Source: Utricularia gibba (Eukaryota > Plantae > Magnoliophyta). From it: a stretch of DNA of 64,000 bases. The notes under the pieces were generated by a model. The model made no database searches, was not told the origin of the DNA, and saw only the letters and a list, made by a program, of their open reading frames with translations. The translations under genes were made by a program, and so were the position numbers. The stretch spans positions 682,001-746,000 of the forward strand of contig NEEC01000002.1 in assembly GCA_002189035.1 (NCBI GenBank), in the 5' to 3' direction. Below, one piece after another: positions 1 to 15,919 of this stretch; the stretch's first letter is position 1; the number at the start of each line of letters is the position of its first letter.

Positions 1-3000
1 TCTCTCTGGAAGCAGCAGGCTGTTGATTTTTCAAGGTTAAGATGTGTAGGCGCGGATAGCCGATGATCAAAAATTGAGTAGAACCTCAACTACGCTAGTG
101 GGAGTACCCCCGGGATGATCCCTTTTCCCAGTGATACCGTTTACGGATCTCGTGGATTCAGAAAGGTTCACATCGGATCGATCTCTTGTACGTGTGAGGT
201 CTGATCCAATTGAGTGCAGGCCACCACATGTAGACAGGTCGATTTTGCTGTTGGCTGAAAATCAGAAAGCACCATGTCAGATTGTGAGGATGAAGTGTAT
301 GTAACTGGGAGTTATTAGATTGAATGATCACCAGTTTTTTCGAGTTCAGTCAAGACTATCTTCCTTGATGGATCTGCAACCATCTCCTTCATAAATAATC
401 TACTGTCAGTGTCACGAGGCAAATAGCAACTAGACAGTTAAATAACGGACGCGTACCTTGGCCTCTATTTTCAAAAGCTTCTTCACTTCAACAAGTTTTT
501 TCTCGGTAAGGTCAGAGTGGAGCACACGCTTGCCTGAAACCAAAAGCAGCTAGTTGATCAGCGAATATTTAGTAAGAAAACTTGGTTGCGGTGTATGATT
601 ACCAAGTCTGCGGTTGCTGCCGATCTCAAGGAAACCTTCTTGGGTCATTTTGTCAATGAGCTTCCTGACCATGTTCAGGCTCACTTCACTGCCGAGTTTC
701 TTATGGAGCTTTGCCGCAGTTATATGGTCCAGTGGAAGAGTGTGATATAAAGCCTGTTACGGAAGTGATTTAAGCAATTCACCAGAGACTGAAGTTCAGT
801 GCAAGAGACAAAAAGTAAGTTCACCTGCACGTAGACGTGATCAAAACAGAGATTTCCAGGTTTTCCACCATCAGGTATCTTTTGTCCATCATATTCCTCC
901 TTTACAACCTCAAAGTCATACTCCATCGTCTGCCAGTTTAGTTATAAATCCCACTCGAACGTTTTAAATGTAAGTCAAAATATGGGGATGAGAAAGAAGA
1001 GAAAAGGAACCTTTTTCTTGTTAATGATATAACTGCCTCCAGTAGCTTTTGAAACAGAACCTTCCTTCAAAAGCATGTCCATGATTTCTGGATCAAAGAA
1101 GTAGAGTAAACGTCTGATGTGCATAGCTCTCAGGATTATACACTCGCTTATATCCCTTTAAGGCTAACATCACAAGTGTACCTTCAATTAGGACCTGCAA
1201 AAGTAGCAACATTAAATACCCGATACCATAGAAAAGTTGCACTTCCAATTTTGGTCTTAAAATCATGCCAGAAAAGCACTTACTACTGAGATGTCTGGGA
1301 AGTTAGAGAGCACATCTGTGAGTTCAAGCACATCAAGGTGATAGGAGTTAACCCAATCCCTTACTCGCCTCAGCTGGTGTGCATCTTCAGCTGGATCCTG
1401 GGTATTATCTATGTAGAAAGGGGCAAATACCAGAGTTGATACACGTAGAATCAGGTGAGTGCAAACTGACAAGCACATTGTTCGAATTCTGAGGCACCTT
1501 CCTGAACAGGAGCATCATCTCCAGGATTTTGTCGTGCTGTCACAAGAAACATTAGCAGTTTGATTGTGAATTTTAAGATACACCAGAATACTGTGTTGAA
1601 AAATCAAAGCTAACCTGCTGGTGCTACGATATACTGATCATCATCTGAATTGCCGATCTGAGGCCCATGAAAAGGTGATAACTTATGAATAGGATGGTTG
1701 CAATCATTTTAGGAACAAGCGCTTGACAATATCAAAGTTCCAAAGGGAGCTCATAATCTCCTCCTCACCTCGCTTCCAGAATCACTAGATTCATCATTCT
1801 GGATAGAGTCATGTCCTAAGCTCATCTCATCATCTTGAATTTCGTTGTTTTCATCTTCACATGGATCAAGCACGCTCTTCACCTGTTGTCTTATACGTGA
1901 ATACATGTTAACCAGGGGTAGAGAATTCAGAAATCCAATGTGTAAAAATGCAGACCTTCAGAGCCAGCACCAAGTGCTTGCTATTTACTTTACCAACTTC
2001 CATCTTCAAAGGATTTTTATTCCATGGATTACAAGCCTCTTCCTCTGAGCACTCTTTGAAAAATGGCGGTTCATATTCTCTAGGCTGCAACGCAAGTAAA
2101 AGAAGGCAAGATTTAACAAATAATCATTTAGCAAATACAGAGAGCAAAAAGCATACCGTGACATCATCATAATATAGAAGCTTCATCAGAACTGTGCGCT
2201 GAAAGAATGTGTCAGTTTGTGTTAGTCTTGCAAGAAGAGAAGTACAGCTGTTGATTATAGTCACAAATGTCTTGGTTCCAGAGATCATGCCTCTTCTGGG
2301 ATCTTATCAAGAGTTCTCATCAGCTGAATCAGTGTCCGGACCATTTTGCATGCCGAACTCCTATGCATAATAGACATTTTACACGGGGAACAACAGAAAG
2401 CACATTGAGTTTATGTGGCATAGTTCACCACCTCATTTCAGCGGGAGTAATCTCACTGGTGGAGTTATGCTTGAAAATCCCTCCCTTCTTTGCGCCACTG
2501 CGCTTTATGTTCAATAAAACCTCTTGGCTATCAGTATTGGAGTAACTGAAAGAAACTGCAAACAGAAGGCTCCTCATGAACAAACCCAACACCATTAAAC
2601 AACTGAAGCCATACTAAAACATACACTATAGAGCTACACACAGACTAAGGTTATTCTTAAATACGAGTTACTATCAGAAATAAATGCATAAAAAATTCAT
2701 ACACGTATATTCCTCAATCATGGGACCGCCGGTTCCCTCACAGATGCAGAAAAAGAGCGTTTTCAGATATTTATTCTGTAATGCGTCATAGACGCCTGAA
2801 AATTTGAAATGAGTTTACTGCACATTATATACGAGATAAAAAAGTGCAACAGTTGTTATGGAATGAAGTTGAAACACTTCAGATTGTTGTGCCTTTCTCC
2901 ATCCAATCGATTAGCCGACGTGACTCAGCATCCAATGGCATAAGCTTCTTAATCTTCATGTCTGCCATAATGTTAAGAATTACTCTATTCGTTGATATGA

Positions 3001-3697
3001 CTCTCAGTATAAGGAGCGAATTGCGACTGAAAGCTCACCCAAGGCAGGAACAGATTTGTCAACAAAATACTTCTCAGGAAAAAGGCCTCTAATGTAACTA
3101 ATATTGAAAATAGCTATGCGCAATAGATTCCTCGTCTGCAAACCAAAAGAAACGCAAGAATAATTCCATGGTTCAATATCTCAACTTAGCAACATCGGAT
3201 TTCTAAGCAACAGTAGAAGATCAGTTACAGATTGCTTCCCATAAACTTTTTTTCGATAAGAACACACTCTCTGGGGCACGGAAATCAGAACTAGACACAG
3301 CGAGTACGAAAGTAGCAGAAATCCCGTATCAGTAACAAATATACGTAACAAATCGAAAAATGTATAGAGAGGAATGCATTGATAAATCAAGAACAATCGG
3401 AGCGCCAACGAAACGCCGAGACAATACTCATCGGGCAAAACGGAAGCCATACAGGTTGTAAACAGACAGAGATCAGCAGAAAATGACCAATCGAGACAAC
3501 GCTTTGAAACCAAGCAATAAGAATAAGAGCGGAGTGTTTACGAGTAGAAGAGAATCCTGCTCAGTGATCTCCGACTGCTTCACTTTCTGTGCAACCACCT
3601 GACCAAGCAGAAAAAGAAGCGCATATAACAACGATCATCGCAATCTGTATCTGAAGCATACGAGAATCTGTTGCGGTGATGGCTCTCTGCTCACCAT
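1..3697 (-). CDS. ASY1: Meiotic axis HORMA-domain protein ASYNAPTIC1 (HOP1 homolog); about 21 introns; 3' end lies beyond window start
   Basis: Spliced minus-strand exons read [44 protein letters not shown]...[30 protein letters not shown]...[46 protein letters not shown]...DNTQDPAED...[12 protein letters not shown]...QPAASRE. These match recalled plant ASY1 sequence. ATG at 3695-3697 is followed directly by an intron. Confidence 0.95.
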
Positions 3698-4202
3698 CGT
3701 CAAAAAATCACAGAGAAACGAAATGAATTCTGAGTTTCAAGCAATGGCGGGAGGCATGATGCGTGAACGTGAAACAAAGCGTTATATAGCAAGCGTTTCC
3801 GCGTGCGTTAGATGGTAGAACACCGGTTAAACTAGGGTTAAAACTGGATTCAACTGCGGTTCCCTAAGCACGCGAAAATCACCCGACACGAATCACTTTT
3901 CACAATTTTCTAATTTACCGTTTGAAAATATTCTTTTTGAAACTTAATATTTATTTTAAAAATAACCATTCCGGTGAATTTGTGACCGAAGCGCAGGTCG
4001 ACCTGAGTAGTGATGATGCGCATGTTCTTTCACATACAACTGCAAAAGTTGGAACAAGAGCGAGGAAATGATTCAAAAACACGGCAGTTGAAAGAGCACA
4101 ACAACATAATCGTAACCATCTCCGGTAACAAGACTTATTTCTTCAGCCGAAAGGAGAGAAACTCGGATGCGGCAACTGCGCCAATGGGGAAAAAGGATGC
4201 CT

Positions 4203-6274
<2,072 letters not shown>

Positions 6275-6653
6275 GGCGAAATCTAGAACGATTATACCGA
6301 GACAAGAAGCTAAAACAAGGCACTGAGATATGAGGAGCCACTGGACGGCCCCCCTCTATTTAACGCCAAGGGCAGGGGGATGGAAAACCCTTGGGCGGTT
6401 CGAACCGGTGGGCTAAATCTACGGGTCAACACCCAACACTCGATCTCTCTAGAATTCGAATATTCCCTTCTGAAAGAAAATTGAATTTCGAATATTCTGG
6501 GCACCGATTGAAGAATTCGACCGTTAGGGCTACTCGAATTACGATGTGCCCGAAAAATAGCCGTTGGTTGGCGTTCAAAAGAAACTTCAATTAAGAGCAG
6601 TGAAATTCCTCTCTAATATCAAGTTGAATCTCTCTCGTTCTGAGTTCTGAAGA
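6275..6653. promoter_or_regulatory. 379-bp bidirectional promoter between GAPC and MAD2 with two MSA-like elements and a CHR-like element on the MAD2 side
   Basis: GACCGTTAGG (6519-6528; reverse complement CCTAACGGTC fits YCYAACGGYY), AGCCGTTGGT (6559-6568) and TTCAAA (6574-6579). TATA-like TTAAATAG on the minus strand near 6356-6363. Confidence 0.55.
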
Positions 6654-7780
6654 ATGGCTTCCAAAACTGCCACAAAGGATATAATCACGTTGCGAGGATC
6701 AGCGGCTATTGTCAGCGAGTTTTTCGGTATGCATTTCAGATCTCTGTTTACGTTTGACTACTTCGAGTATCCAGTGAATTTTTTGGTTCTGAATCTGCGA
6801 TAGCTTACTGATTTATGTTTCTTTTCCTACTGGGAAAATGAGATTTCCAGGTTACGCTGCAAATAGGTGAGCACATCTGCATGTTATTTGAGTTAATTTC
6901 TGCAGGTGATGGTTAGGGAATGGATTGTGATTGATGGGAGTAACTTTGCAGCATAATATACAATAGAGGACTTTATCCGGCAGAGAGCTTTGCAAGAGTG
7001 AAGAAATATGGGCTGCCAATGCTGTTGTCTCAAGATGAAGGGGTGAAAACATTCATTTCCAACTTGACTACTCAGCTTTCAGGTAAAAAAAAATCTATGT
7101 TACTGTGACCTACAATTGGACGTTTGGTGAAGCTCATGGTGTGAGTTGATTGAGAAGAATGGCTGGAAGCTGGGAAACTGCAAAGGGTAGTGCTTGTGAT
7201 CATGAGCAGAGAAACTGGTGAAGTTTTAGAGAGGTGGAATTTCAGTATTGAGACAGACAATGAAGTTTTAGAAAAAGGGTAATGAAATGAAACGCACTAT
7301 TCGGTTATTTTTGCTGCTTTCCAATCTTACTGATCCTTGAGTTTGCTCTGAAGAGTTTCAAGAGAGAAAAGTGACAAGGAAATCATGAGGGAAATTCAGG
7401 CAATAATGCGGCAGATAGCATCCAGCATTACATACTTGCCCTGCTTGGATGAGCCCTGTAAGGAAGAGTTTTCGAACATTTTCCAGGATTCCCTTGATCG
7501 TCATATATATAATGGACACTGGTTTGCATGTAGGTGTATTTGATGTTCTAGCATATACAGATAAAGATTGTGCAGTCCCTTTTACATGGATTGAGAGTGA
7601 TCCCAAGCTCATTGCCAATCCGCAGATGGTGAAACTGCATTCTTTCGACACCAAGGTAAGCACTTTTTAAGCCTATTTTTGTTACCAACACCTAGTAATC
7701 CTGAGTACTATTCACTGCAGATTCACAAGGTGGATACTCTAGTATCCTACAAGAACGATGAGTTGGACGACGAGCCTTGA
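6654..7780 (+). CDS. MAD2: Spindle assembly checkpoint HORMA protein MAD2, 7 exons
   Basis: MASKTATKDIITLRGSAAIVSEFF-GYAANSIIYNRGLYPAESFARVKKYGL...ERWNFSIETD...EIQAIMRQIASSITYLPCL...LHSFDTK-IHKVDTLVSYK. Canonical, in-phase splice sites. Confidence 0.97.
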
Positions 7781-8245
7781 TGCCACATTTATGAGTTTGA
7801 CGACGAGTCTTCATTCACTAGGTGGATACTGTTCATTTTTCCTTTCATCTTTTGTCATAAACTGCTAGGGTGGAACGCAAAATCATCATGGTTGTGCTTG
7901 GCTCGATGATTTCTTCGGTTCCTGCCTCTGTTGTTTCATATTGATTGATGACTCGGAACAATCATGTCCGGTATTCAATTCAATCACAAAGCTTCAACCC
8001 TATTTTTTCTCTCATTATTTTGCAAGGAAATACACAGAGCGCCAATATCAACTTTACAAAATCCTCATACTTGCGAAGGAACTGCCTACTGTTTAAAATC
8101 CATCTGCAATTTCTCTCTACATAGTTTTCAGTGCATTGTCACAGGAGACCAGTACAGCAATCTACAAAATCTACAAGATGCCCCTCAAAGTACAACGAAC
8201 TCTGAAAATAGTGGTTGTAAGCCGAAAGACTCCAGCTTTCGCGAG

Positions 8246-9939
8246 TCAGTGTACACCACGGTAAGCAGCTCCAGGGCATAGCTCACCTATGGAATCAATG
8301 TTGCAGTAACCATTGCACTCTCTCAGACAAGTCCAGCCACGCCGGGTTAGGAACCCATGAAAATCATCATCTGTGTAGAAGGTCTTATTCTCAGTGTGCA
8401 CCTGCAGGTGGCTAGATTCTTCGCAATAACAGATTTTCACAGTCAAACCTGCAATTACATGAGCCGCATAAAAAGGGGTATGCAGTCTCAAATTCCTAAG
8501 TTAATCAGTGTCATGAAACAGAGCAGCATTACCTTCATCGACATGCAGAGTGTAGTTTCCCAGAGGCATGTTTCTATCGATTGCACGGATAACATTGTCT
8601 TCATCTTCCAACCAAAATGCCTGCTTGGTCCTAAGTCCAAAAGCAGATTTTATGGTTTCTTTAATTGCGTCTGAGGAAGCATCGATTCCAACTCTCTTGG
8701 TATATGCATCACATTTAACAATTATTACCCTCCCTTCGTATGTGCTGCTATCTTCACCTTAATAAAATGGAACCACTCTCAAGATAGCACCACACTGAAA
8801 TTTAACCGATGCAAATAACTTTCACTAACCAGAACCAGGAGTACCCCTCCAATTCCATGGAGATACTCCATCTGCCCCAACAGTGTCAGCCGTGGCAATG
8901 GCAAGAGGATGCCCTTCATGATCCAAACCCCTTTCCAGATTTAAGGTTGATCTGCCATTAGCTGAAAATTTTTACAAGAAAGAAAAAACTCACGTTGGAA
9001 TAGCAATGTTCTGTTAAACGTACAGATGGACTCAGAGAATCTATTGGATTTGTTACACTTCCAAAATGAATAGAAGGGAATAAAGAAGCAAAGCTTACCT
9101 TCAACGGGGCCAAAAGTAAGACTAGTTTCATCAATAGCTGCATCAAAATAATAATATTAATAAAGAGTTATGTTCATCAACAAGAGCAAAGAGTTACTTA
9201 GCAAATCAAACAAAAAAGTTCAAGATGCGGAATACACATATCAATAGCGCAAAGGAGAATCGATGTAAAAGGTTTATCCTCCGCAGATACATCATCGTAA
9301 ATCAAAGAGAGTTACAATGTTAGAAATCAAATATAAACCTTTATCAGCGAAATTCATAAAGGAATCGACTTTGGAAGCTCCTGCATTGTTGGAAACTGAA
9401 GGGTTTTTCCAACTAGGGCCACTTTTATTCCTCTCATTCAAGATCTCCTCAATATCTTTGTAACAATTCAGCTTTGCAGACCCATTCCCATTTCCATCGG
9501 GACTGTTTTGCTTAGCTTTTTTGTACTCCTTCAACAAATTCCTCCACTTGTCAGTGCACATTGTCGGCGATCTATCAAACCCCTTTTCCTTCATTTTCAT
9601 GGAAATGGTTTCCCACAAGTGTTTGTTAGACTTCGAAGTATTGAACAACAGATCAATTTCCTTACGAAGTGAAATAAGAACCCGGGTTTCTTCTTGAACC
9701 CACGTCTCAGCTCGCTTCTTTGGACCGGATGAAAACCCTGGATTCGAGTGATTATGATTAAGCGTGTTGGAATGATCATCTCCGCCACTGCTGTCGGGGA
9801 CCACCACGTCGGTGAGTTGGAGATTGGACTGAGAGGCTACCGGGATGATCATGTTATTCTGATGAGGTGATTCCTGTTTCCCGTTGTAGAAATCCAGAGC
9901 CAACTCCTCTTCAGCTGAGCTCTTATCGGGCATAAACAT
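8246..9939 (-). CDS. GT-1: Trihelix transcription factor, GT-1/GT-4 clade, 5 exons
   Basis: Trihelix domain [41 protein letters not shown]...[20 protein letters not shown]-terminal exons read [31 protein letters not shown] and [18 protein letters not shown]. The likely start is MFMPDK, not the longer ORF start at 10128. Confidence 0.9.
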
Positions 9940-10386
9940 GGCTTCCTCTGCACAAACTTCTTCCTCTTTACAGGAATTGGGGATTTCCACCGAAGTAGGG
10001 CTTCTGCGTTTTTTCGGTTGCCTCAGAGAAAGCATCCCCCACCGGGTTTTTCGATTCGGGTCGATTACCCTGCGGGTTATGGGCCCATTTCTGCTCACAG
10101 AAATAATGAAACATTGGGCTCGGCCCATCTATTCAAAAAATGATGGAGACCGGAAAAAGGGAATTCAAGGAAGAAGGAACTAGCCGTTGCGAGTCATTTA
10201 ATGGTTCTGATGCGTTGCGCTCTACGAAGTCATCAGCGACCACTTGGGGAATTTCTGACCCACTGCCGGAAGAATGGGGTTTCAAGTTGATTCGTTGGGG
10301 CTTCGTACGAGAACAGAGAGCTTCAAGGTTACGGAGCGTGACTGAAATCGCCGACGTTCGTTTTTTCGAGTTTTCTGAAGGAAATC
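9940..10386. promoter_or_regulatory. Short bidirectional promoter (GT-1 / WDL gene) with site II motifs and one MSA-like site
   Basis: TGGGCCCA and TGGGCTCGGCCCA at about 10080-10126; TAGCCGTTGC near 10181; divergent ATGs about 450 bp apart. Confidence 0.45.
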
Positions 10387-12878
10387 ATGGGTGAATCTTC
10401 ATCTTTCCCTGTTTGCCCATTTTCGCAGCAGTCCCCAACTAGTCAAGGGAAAAAGGTTAAATATTTTCTTCTCAAATATGAGATTTTTTTTAATGCTTCT
10501 TGGAGTATATTCTTTGTTCATCTTGTGCTTGTCGATATGGATGTATATATTTTTTTTTTGTCAAGTGTAGATCTGTTTTGATGGAAAGGTTAGTGCTTCT
10601 GCATTCCTCTTGTGCTTCCTCTAGCTTGTGGTGAATGCGTGGATGATGATATTAAGATTTTGTAGGAGAATTCCACACAGTGCGCCCTAACATCATCGAT
10701 CTCCTTTGGGAGGTTCATGTCTGAATCCTTGGACTGGGGAAAATGGTCTGTTTTTACGCATAACAGACACTTGGAAGACGTTGAGAGATATTCCCGTCCT
10801 GGTGCTGTAGCTGAAAAGAAAGCTTACTTTGAAGCACATTTCAAGAGAAGGCGTGCAGAAAAGTTGCTTGAGCAGGAAAATGCTGCTTTGAGAGAGCACT
10901 CTGATGCAGATTCTGTTTCTCCATTATATGTGAATATGGAGCAGCGCAATGGGCATGAGCTGAATGGAATAGTGAAGGAAGAAGAAGTGTATTCTAATGA
11001 TTTTCAGAATGTTAAGGATGGATGCTCAAACGAAACAACAAAGGAAGATTCTTCTCCTATGGAAGTTGAACCATGTGCTCCTGTGAAAGTGCAACAATTG
11101 GACCTAGGAAAAGAAGCATCTGGGCATAAGAGATGCAGCGAGGTATCTCTAGGAAAATGCCATTTCATTTTCTCAAGAAAAAGAGTTGTGATCACTTTTT
11201 TGCCTGACTCTCGTTCACCTACTTAATGTCGCAGGATGGTTGTACCCTGAGAGGACCAGCATCATCATCTGGGGAGAAGCAAGAAGTTTTCGCATGTTCG
11301 CCCTTCGTCAGACAGAGAATTGATCAACTCAAAGATAGCCGTAAGAGTCCAGACAGTAAGAATACCTCAAGGGACTCTCGCAGCAAACGGCCATCCTCAA
11401 TTCACATGTCATTCAATCTTGGTCGTTATGGTGGAATCCAGAAATATGCATCTCCACGTTTTAGAGAGGTTGAGAACTGTCCAAGTGTCACTAGACCTCC
11501 GGCTAAGAGCTACAAAAGCAGAAGTCACTGTCAAACTTCATCACGGGTGGGTGCAGCACTTCTGAACTTCTATGCCACTTTACTTGGTTATGACGAAAAT
11601 GCGTAGTCATAATTCGTTGCCCTCATTTTATGCGCAGGTTCCAGAAAATGACATGTTCAGGGGTCAGTCGACCACGGTTCTATCGGAGAACGAGTTAGTT
11701 CTGCTCTTACATTCAATGAAAACTATCTCAGGATATAGTATGTTCCAAGAAGCATTGTTTTCTTTGTGATCACGTGATCTGTTGATTTACAGAAGGACTC
11801 TGATGCAACGTGATGACTCGGTGATAAGAAATGATGACATTGATTCCCGGTCTGCATCTAAAAGGTAAGCTCATATTTATTGCTCATGAGTTAACATCAG
11901 CAAAAGAGATGCAATTGCTGTAACCAAAATTTGTGTATTCTTTCTGCCTCTTATGATTGAACTCGAAATTTATCATACTCCATTTCAGGTACTCTCAAGC
12001 TGCAAATAAATTTGGCAGCAGTGCACTATCACCACAGTTTTCTTCTTTCACCTTCAAGACTGAAGAAAGAGCAGAAAAACGCAAGGAGGTACGTTTGCGT
12101 GTCCGGTTTCCGTTCAAATTTGCTCACCTACTCTCTAATCATCCTGATCCACATCTACCCACCTCCAGTTTTTTCAGAAACTTGAGGAGAAATTGAAATT
12201 AAGGGAGGCAGACAAACAGCAAATGCATGTGAAGTCACAGGTAAACAAATGCAAAGTAAACCTAGCCAGTGCCATAATACACCACAATGCGTGCTTTGAA
12301 ATGCGGTTGACAAGAAATCTGCTCTTTAGCTTCTATATGGCCTTCAACGAAAATGTCAATGTAAATGCAGGCTAGAGGAAGAAGTTCCTATAAGGATCTC
12401 CATGACACCCTTATGTTCAGAACCGAAAAATTTACTGATGGCACTTCATCAGCCAAGATGCCTAGTAACCTAAAGAAAGAGGTATCTGGTGGCCTGTTTC
12501 AACTTATTCTCTAGACACACACACCACACTCTACTCATGCATTAAGATCATCCTCCTATTAATCTCTCTAGCTCAATAGCTTTAGAATGTGGCATATTTG
12601 CAAGTTCTCAACTGAGATAGTATGTGTACTAGTATCAGATGAAATAAGATCTTGATACCCTGCAGACCCCTACAGTGAGCCAATCTTCCTCCAAAGCTGA
12701 AGAAGGCATTGCTCTCAAGGCTCAAGACCTCAACTCAAGACCGCCATGGAGGTTTTCATCTAAGGTCCGAGAAACAAAGGATACAGATTCAAAAAACCAT
12801 GCTCCTACTCCCCTTTCTCATAGGTCCTTTTCAAAGAGAAGCATGACTGAAAATGCTTCACCAAATATCTACCACTGA
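10387..12878 (+). CDS. TPX2-domain / WVD2-like (WDL7-type) microtubule-associated protein
   Basis: N-terminal motif SISFGRFMSESLDWGKWSVFTHNRHLEDVERYSRPGAVAEKKAYFEAHFK and TPX2-like FTFKTEERAEKRKE-FFQKLEEK. An in-phase GT-AG exon chain runs to the stop at 12878. C-terminal exons are divergent. Confidence 0.8.
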
Positions 12879-14474
12879 CTTGAAGAATCCTTTGTTTCTT
12901 ACCGAGGGGTTTCATCCTATTTCTGGAGTGCAAAAAATGGCAAAAGTCATTCAGATCGGTGTTTCATCTTTTGTGTATACATATTATTATAATAGCTCAT
13001 AATTCTCTCATAATATTCAAATTCTATAATTATAGTTAGGTATATCTAAATATTTTATACTCAAAATAATTTTTTTTAAAAAAAAATGTACACATGGCAT
13101 CACAACAACCCTATCCCCAATTCCCAATCATGAATGGGGTAGCAGCCTACAGAGAAATCCCAATTGGAAGGTACGAGTACGACGTCGTTTCTTATCTTTC
13201 CCCAGCTAACCACAATAATTACCTAAAAATCCCAGCTAATCATCATGGCCCCTGTCCAGGCTTTCCCTCACACCATATATTTAATAAGAAATTATCAATT
13301 AGGATAAGGTTCCATATTCAACTCATCAGCTACTTTGGATTAAGTCAATATATTATAATTTGAAAACTAAATGGTACATAATCTTAGTGAAATTTTTATT
13401 TCAAAAATAATAATTAAATAAAACACACAGAATTATTACATGAGGCTTGACGGTTTGAAACAATCAAGGTGAAGCAAGTACTATTGTCTTAAAATCGAAT
13501 TGAAGCATGGGTTTAGAGTTGAATTGTTTTTATAATAAATTTGATTGCTTATATATTTCTTAATTTTTTTATGAAAATTATTGAATAAAATCTAAAATTA
13601 TGAATTTGAATTGAATTTATTCAATTAATACAACAATTCAAACCTTTTTACATCGAAAATTGAAAATTCATCTTATTTGAAATTTAAATGTATTTCCAGT
13701 TTGTGAAGCTATTGCACGAGGCTTTGACCGGTTCATAAATATCCCATGCGGCAGTTAATGGGTTCGTTTGCTTGGGTTCTCACGCCGGTTTCCTGAATAG
13801 GTGTATCATTTTTTTTTTTACAAGAACGAAGAATATAATTAATATCTAATTTTGATCTTGTGGCAAAAAGTCAAAGTAAACGGGTGTTTGGATTAAATTA
13901 ATATTCGTTTGAGGGCAAAAGAACACAATTTCCAAGAAATGAAAAAATGTGCTTCCTTGCCTGGTTGAAGGGTTCTTCTTCTTACTTTTTTTGTTTTTTT
14001 GTTTTTGTTTTACCGGTGGGGGGTGGTAAATGAATGAATGAATAATTGGGGTGGTGGTACGGCATCATGGCTTTTAAAAAGAGGGGTGAAGGAGCAGCAG
14101 TGGCTTTGAACTTTGAAGTATCTGTGTGAGACGTGTAACCAGAAACAGTCAAGCTTTTGTGGAAAGGAGGGGTGGTGGTAAAGTTGTGGTCTTGGAATAA
14201 AGTTGCCCCTGTCCGAAACCCAACAACTAATCCCCAAAATTCTGTTTTTTTTTTTTTTGCCTTTTGTTTAGTTCCCCCACTTTCTCTCGAAGCATCTGTT
14301 CGCTTGAGTGAATGATGGGTGTCTCGAAAAAGACCGGATTTTTATGCCTATCGTAGCCACAACTTGGAGTTTTGATTTTTTGTTGCTTGCCCAAAAAGGT
14401 AGCCTTTCTAGTTCTTAAAAGTGAACAGAAAGCACCCAGGAATTTGAAGCAGAAGAGGAAAAGAGAGTTGGGGG

Positions 14475-15919
14475 ATGGAGATGATGCATTTCCAACAACT
14501 GGGCAGGAGCTCTTACCGAGATTCTCTCAAAGTTTTAGAGTCTGATATTCAGCATGCAAATGATCTGTAAGAAATTCTGCTTTTCCTATTTTTCTGCTCT
14601 CCCCTTCTCTCTCTTAATTAATTTTCAATTTTGTAGAAGTTAGCAAGTTTTGGTTTCTCTAGCTGCATTAGATTTTATGATAAGGGCGATCTGTTGAAAT
14701 TACCGCCTCCTATCTGCCCGCAATCCTGTGTATCTCGGACAATATTATATTCTGCTGCTTTTCCAGTTTTGACTGATGATGAACGCGAGTGCTTTAGTGC
14801 ACAATTCACAGAGTTGTCTTTCATAAGAGATGCTCTTAGGGAGTCATTCTTTGTGATTCTGGAAATTCTATTTCATGTTGTTTACAAAGCGAATAATCGC
14901 ATCCTCATGTATAAGCCAATAGTGTGTCTAAAGTAGGCAGATTTTTACAAGAGAAAGGCCAAACATAGTGGTTGAATTTTTTCTGCAAATGATTTTGTTC
15001 TTCAGGGCTGCTGCAATTCCTAAAGCCAAGGGAGGGACGCGCTATCAAATGAAGCTTGTTCACAACAAGCTGTTGCCGTTCTTCCTTTATTTTCTTCAAT
15101 GGATCGATTGTTCCTGCTCCTGTACCTGCTTTTTGCCAAGATACTTCAATCTTTTCCACGTGCTTGTTTACAAGGTGTGTCTTCTGCGATCTCATTTGTT
15201 AGATTCTCATCAATGGCATCAAACTTGAGAGTATCATCACCGGCAGGTGTATTCTGATGGGAGGCCAAGAATATCAACTCATGGAAGAAAAGCATCCATC
15301 AAGGAATTCTATGGTTTGTTCTTGCCATCTTCCCCCTGGTATATTCTTTGGAAAAGCTTGACTGATTGAAACAGAATGTATGGCAGCTGTTATACTTCCA
15401 TCACTCGAGCAACTTCACTACAATCTGGTGGAGGAACTGGAGTCTGCAGATGAAACTAATCATGAGTTAAACAGCACAGGGAAGAAAAAGAAGAAGAAGA
15501 AGAAGGAAAACATCAAAATAGGAGGTGTAGAATCAGACCGAGATGAAGAGTGTGGAATATGCTTGAACTCATGTACTAAAATGGTCATGCCCAATTGCTG
15601 CCATTCGATGTGCATCAACTGTTACCGTGACTGGTATGAAGTGTATGCTGCTGGGTCTTCTTCAACTGATGGAGGTTTCTCAGCGTAGTTCTGTTGTCAA
15701 ATTTGCAGGAACACAAGATCGGAGTCCTGCCCTTATTGTCGAGGCAGTCTAAGGCGGGTTAAATCCAAGGATTTGTGGGTTTTAACCTGCAAAGATGAGG
15801 TGATTGACAGGGAAACAGTTTCAACAGAAGACGTGCAAAGATTCTACCTTTACATAAGGAACCTGCCCAGAGATTCCCCAGATTCAGTGTTCTTGATGTA
15901 TTATGAGTATCTGATATGA
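14475..15919 (+). CDS. C3HC4 RING E3 ubiquitin ligase, AIRP2-like, 5 exons
   Basis: SYRDSLKVLESDIQHAN...LQWIDCSC...GRKASIKEFY-AVILPSL...ECGICLNSCTKMVMPNCCHSMCINCYRDW-NTRSESCPYCRGSLRRVKSKDLWVLT...YYEYLI*. Confidence 0.9.

Noticed and set aside
6397-6406. tRNA T-loop-like GGTTCGAACC
   Set aside because: No cloverleaf or A-box; it is a palindrome in the GAPC/MAD2 promoter.
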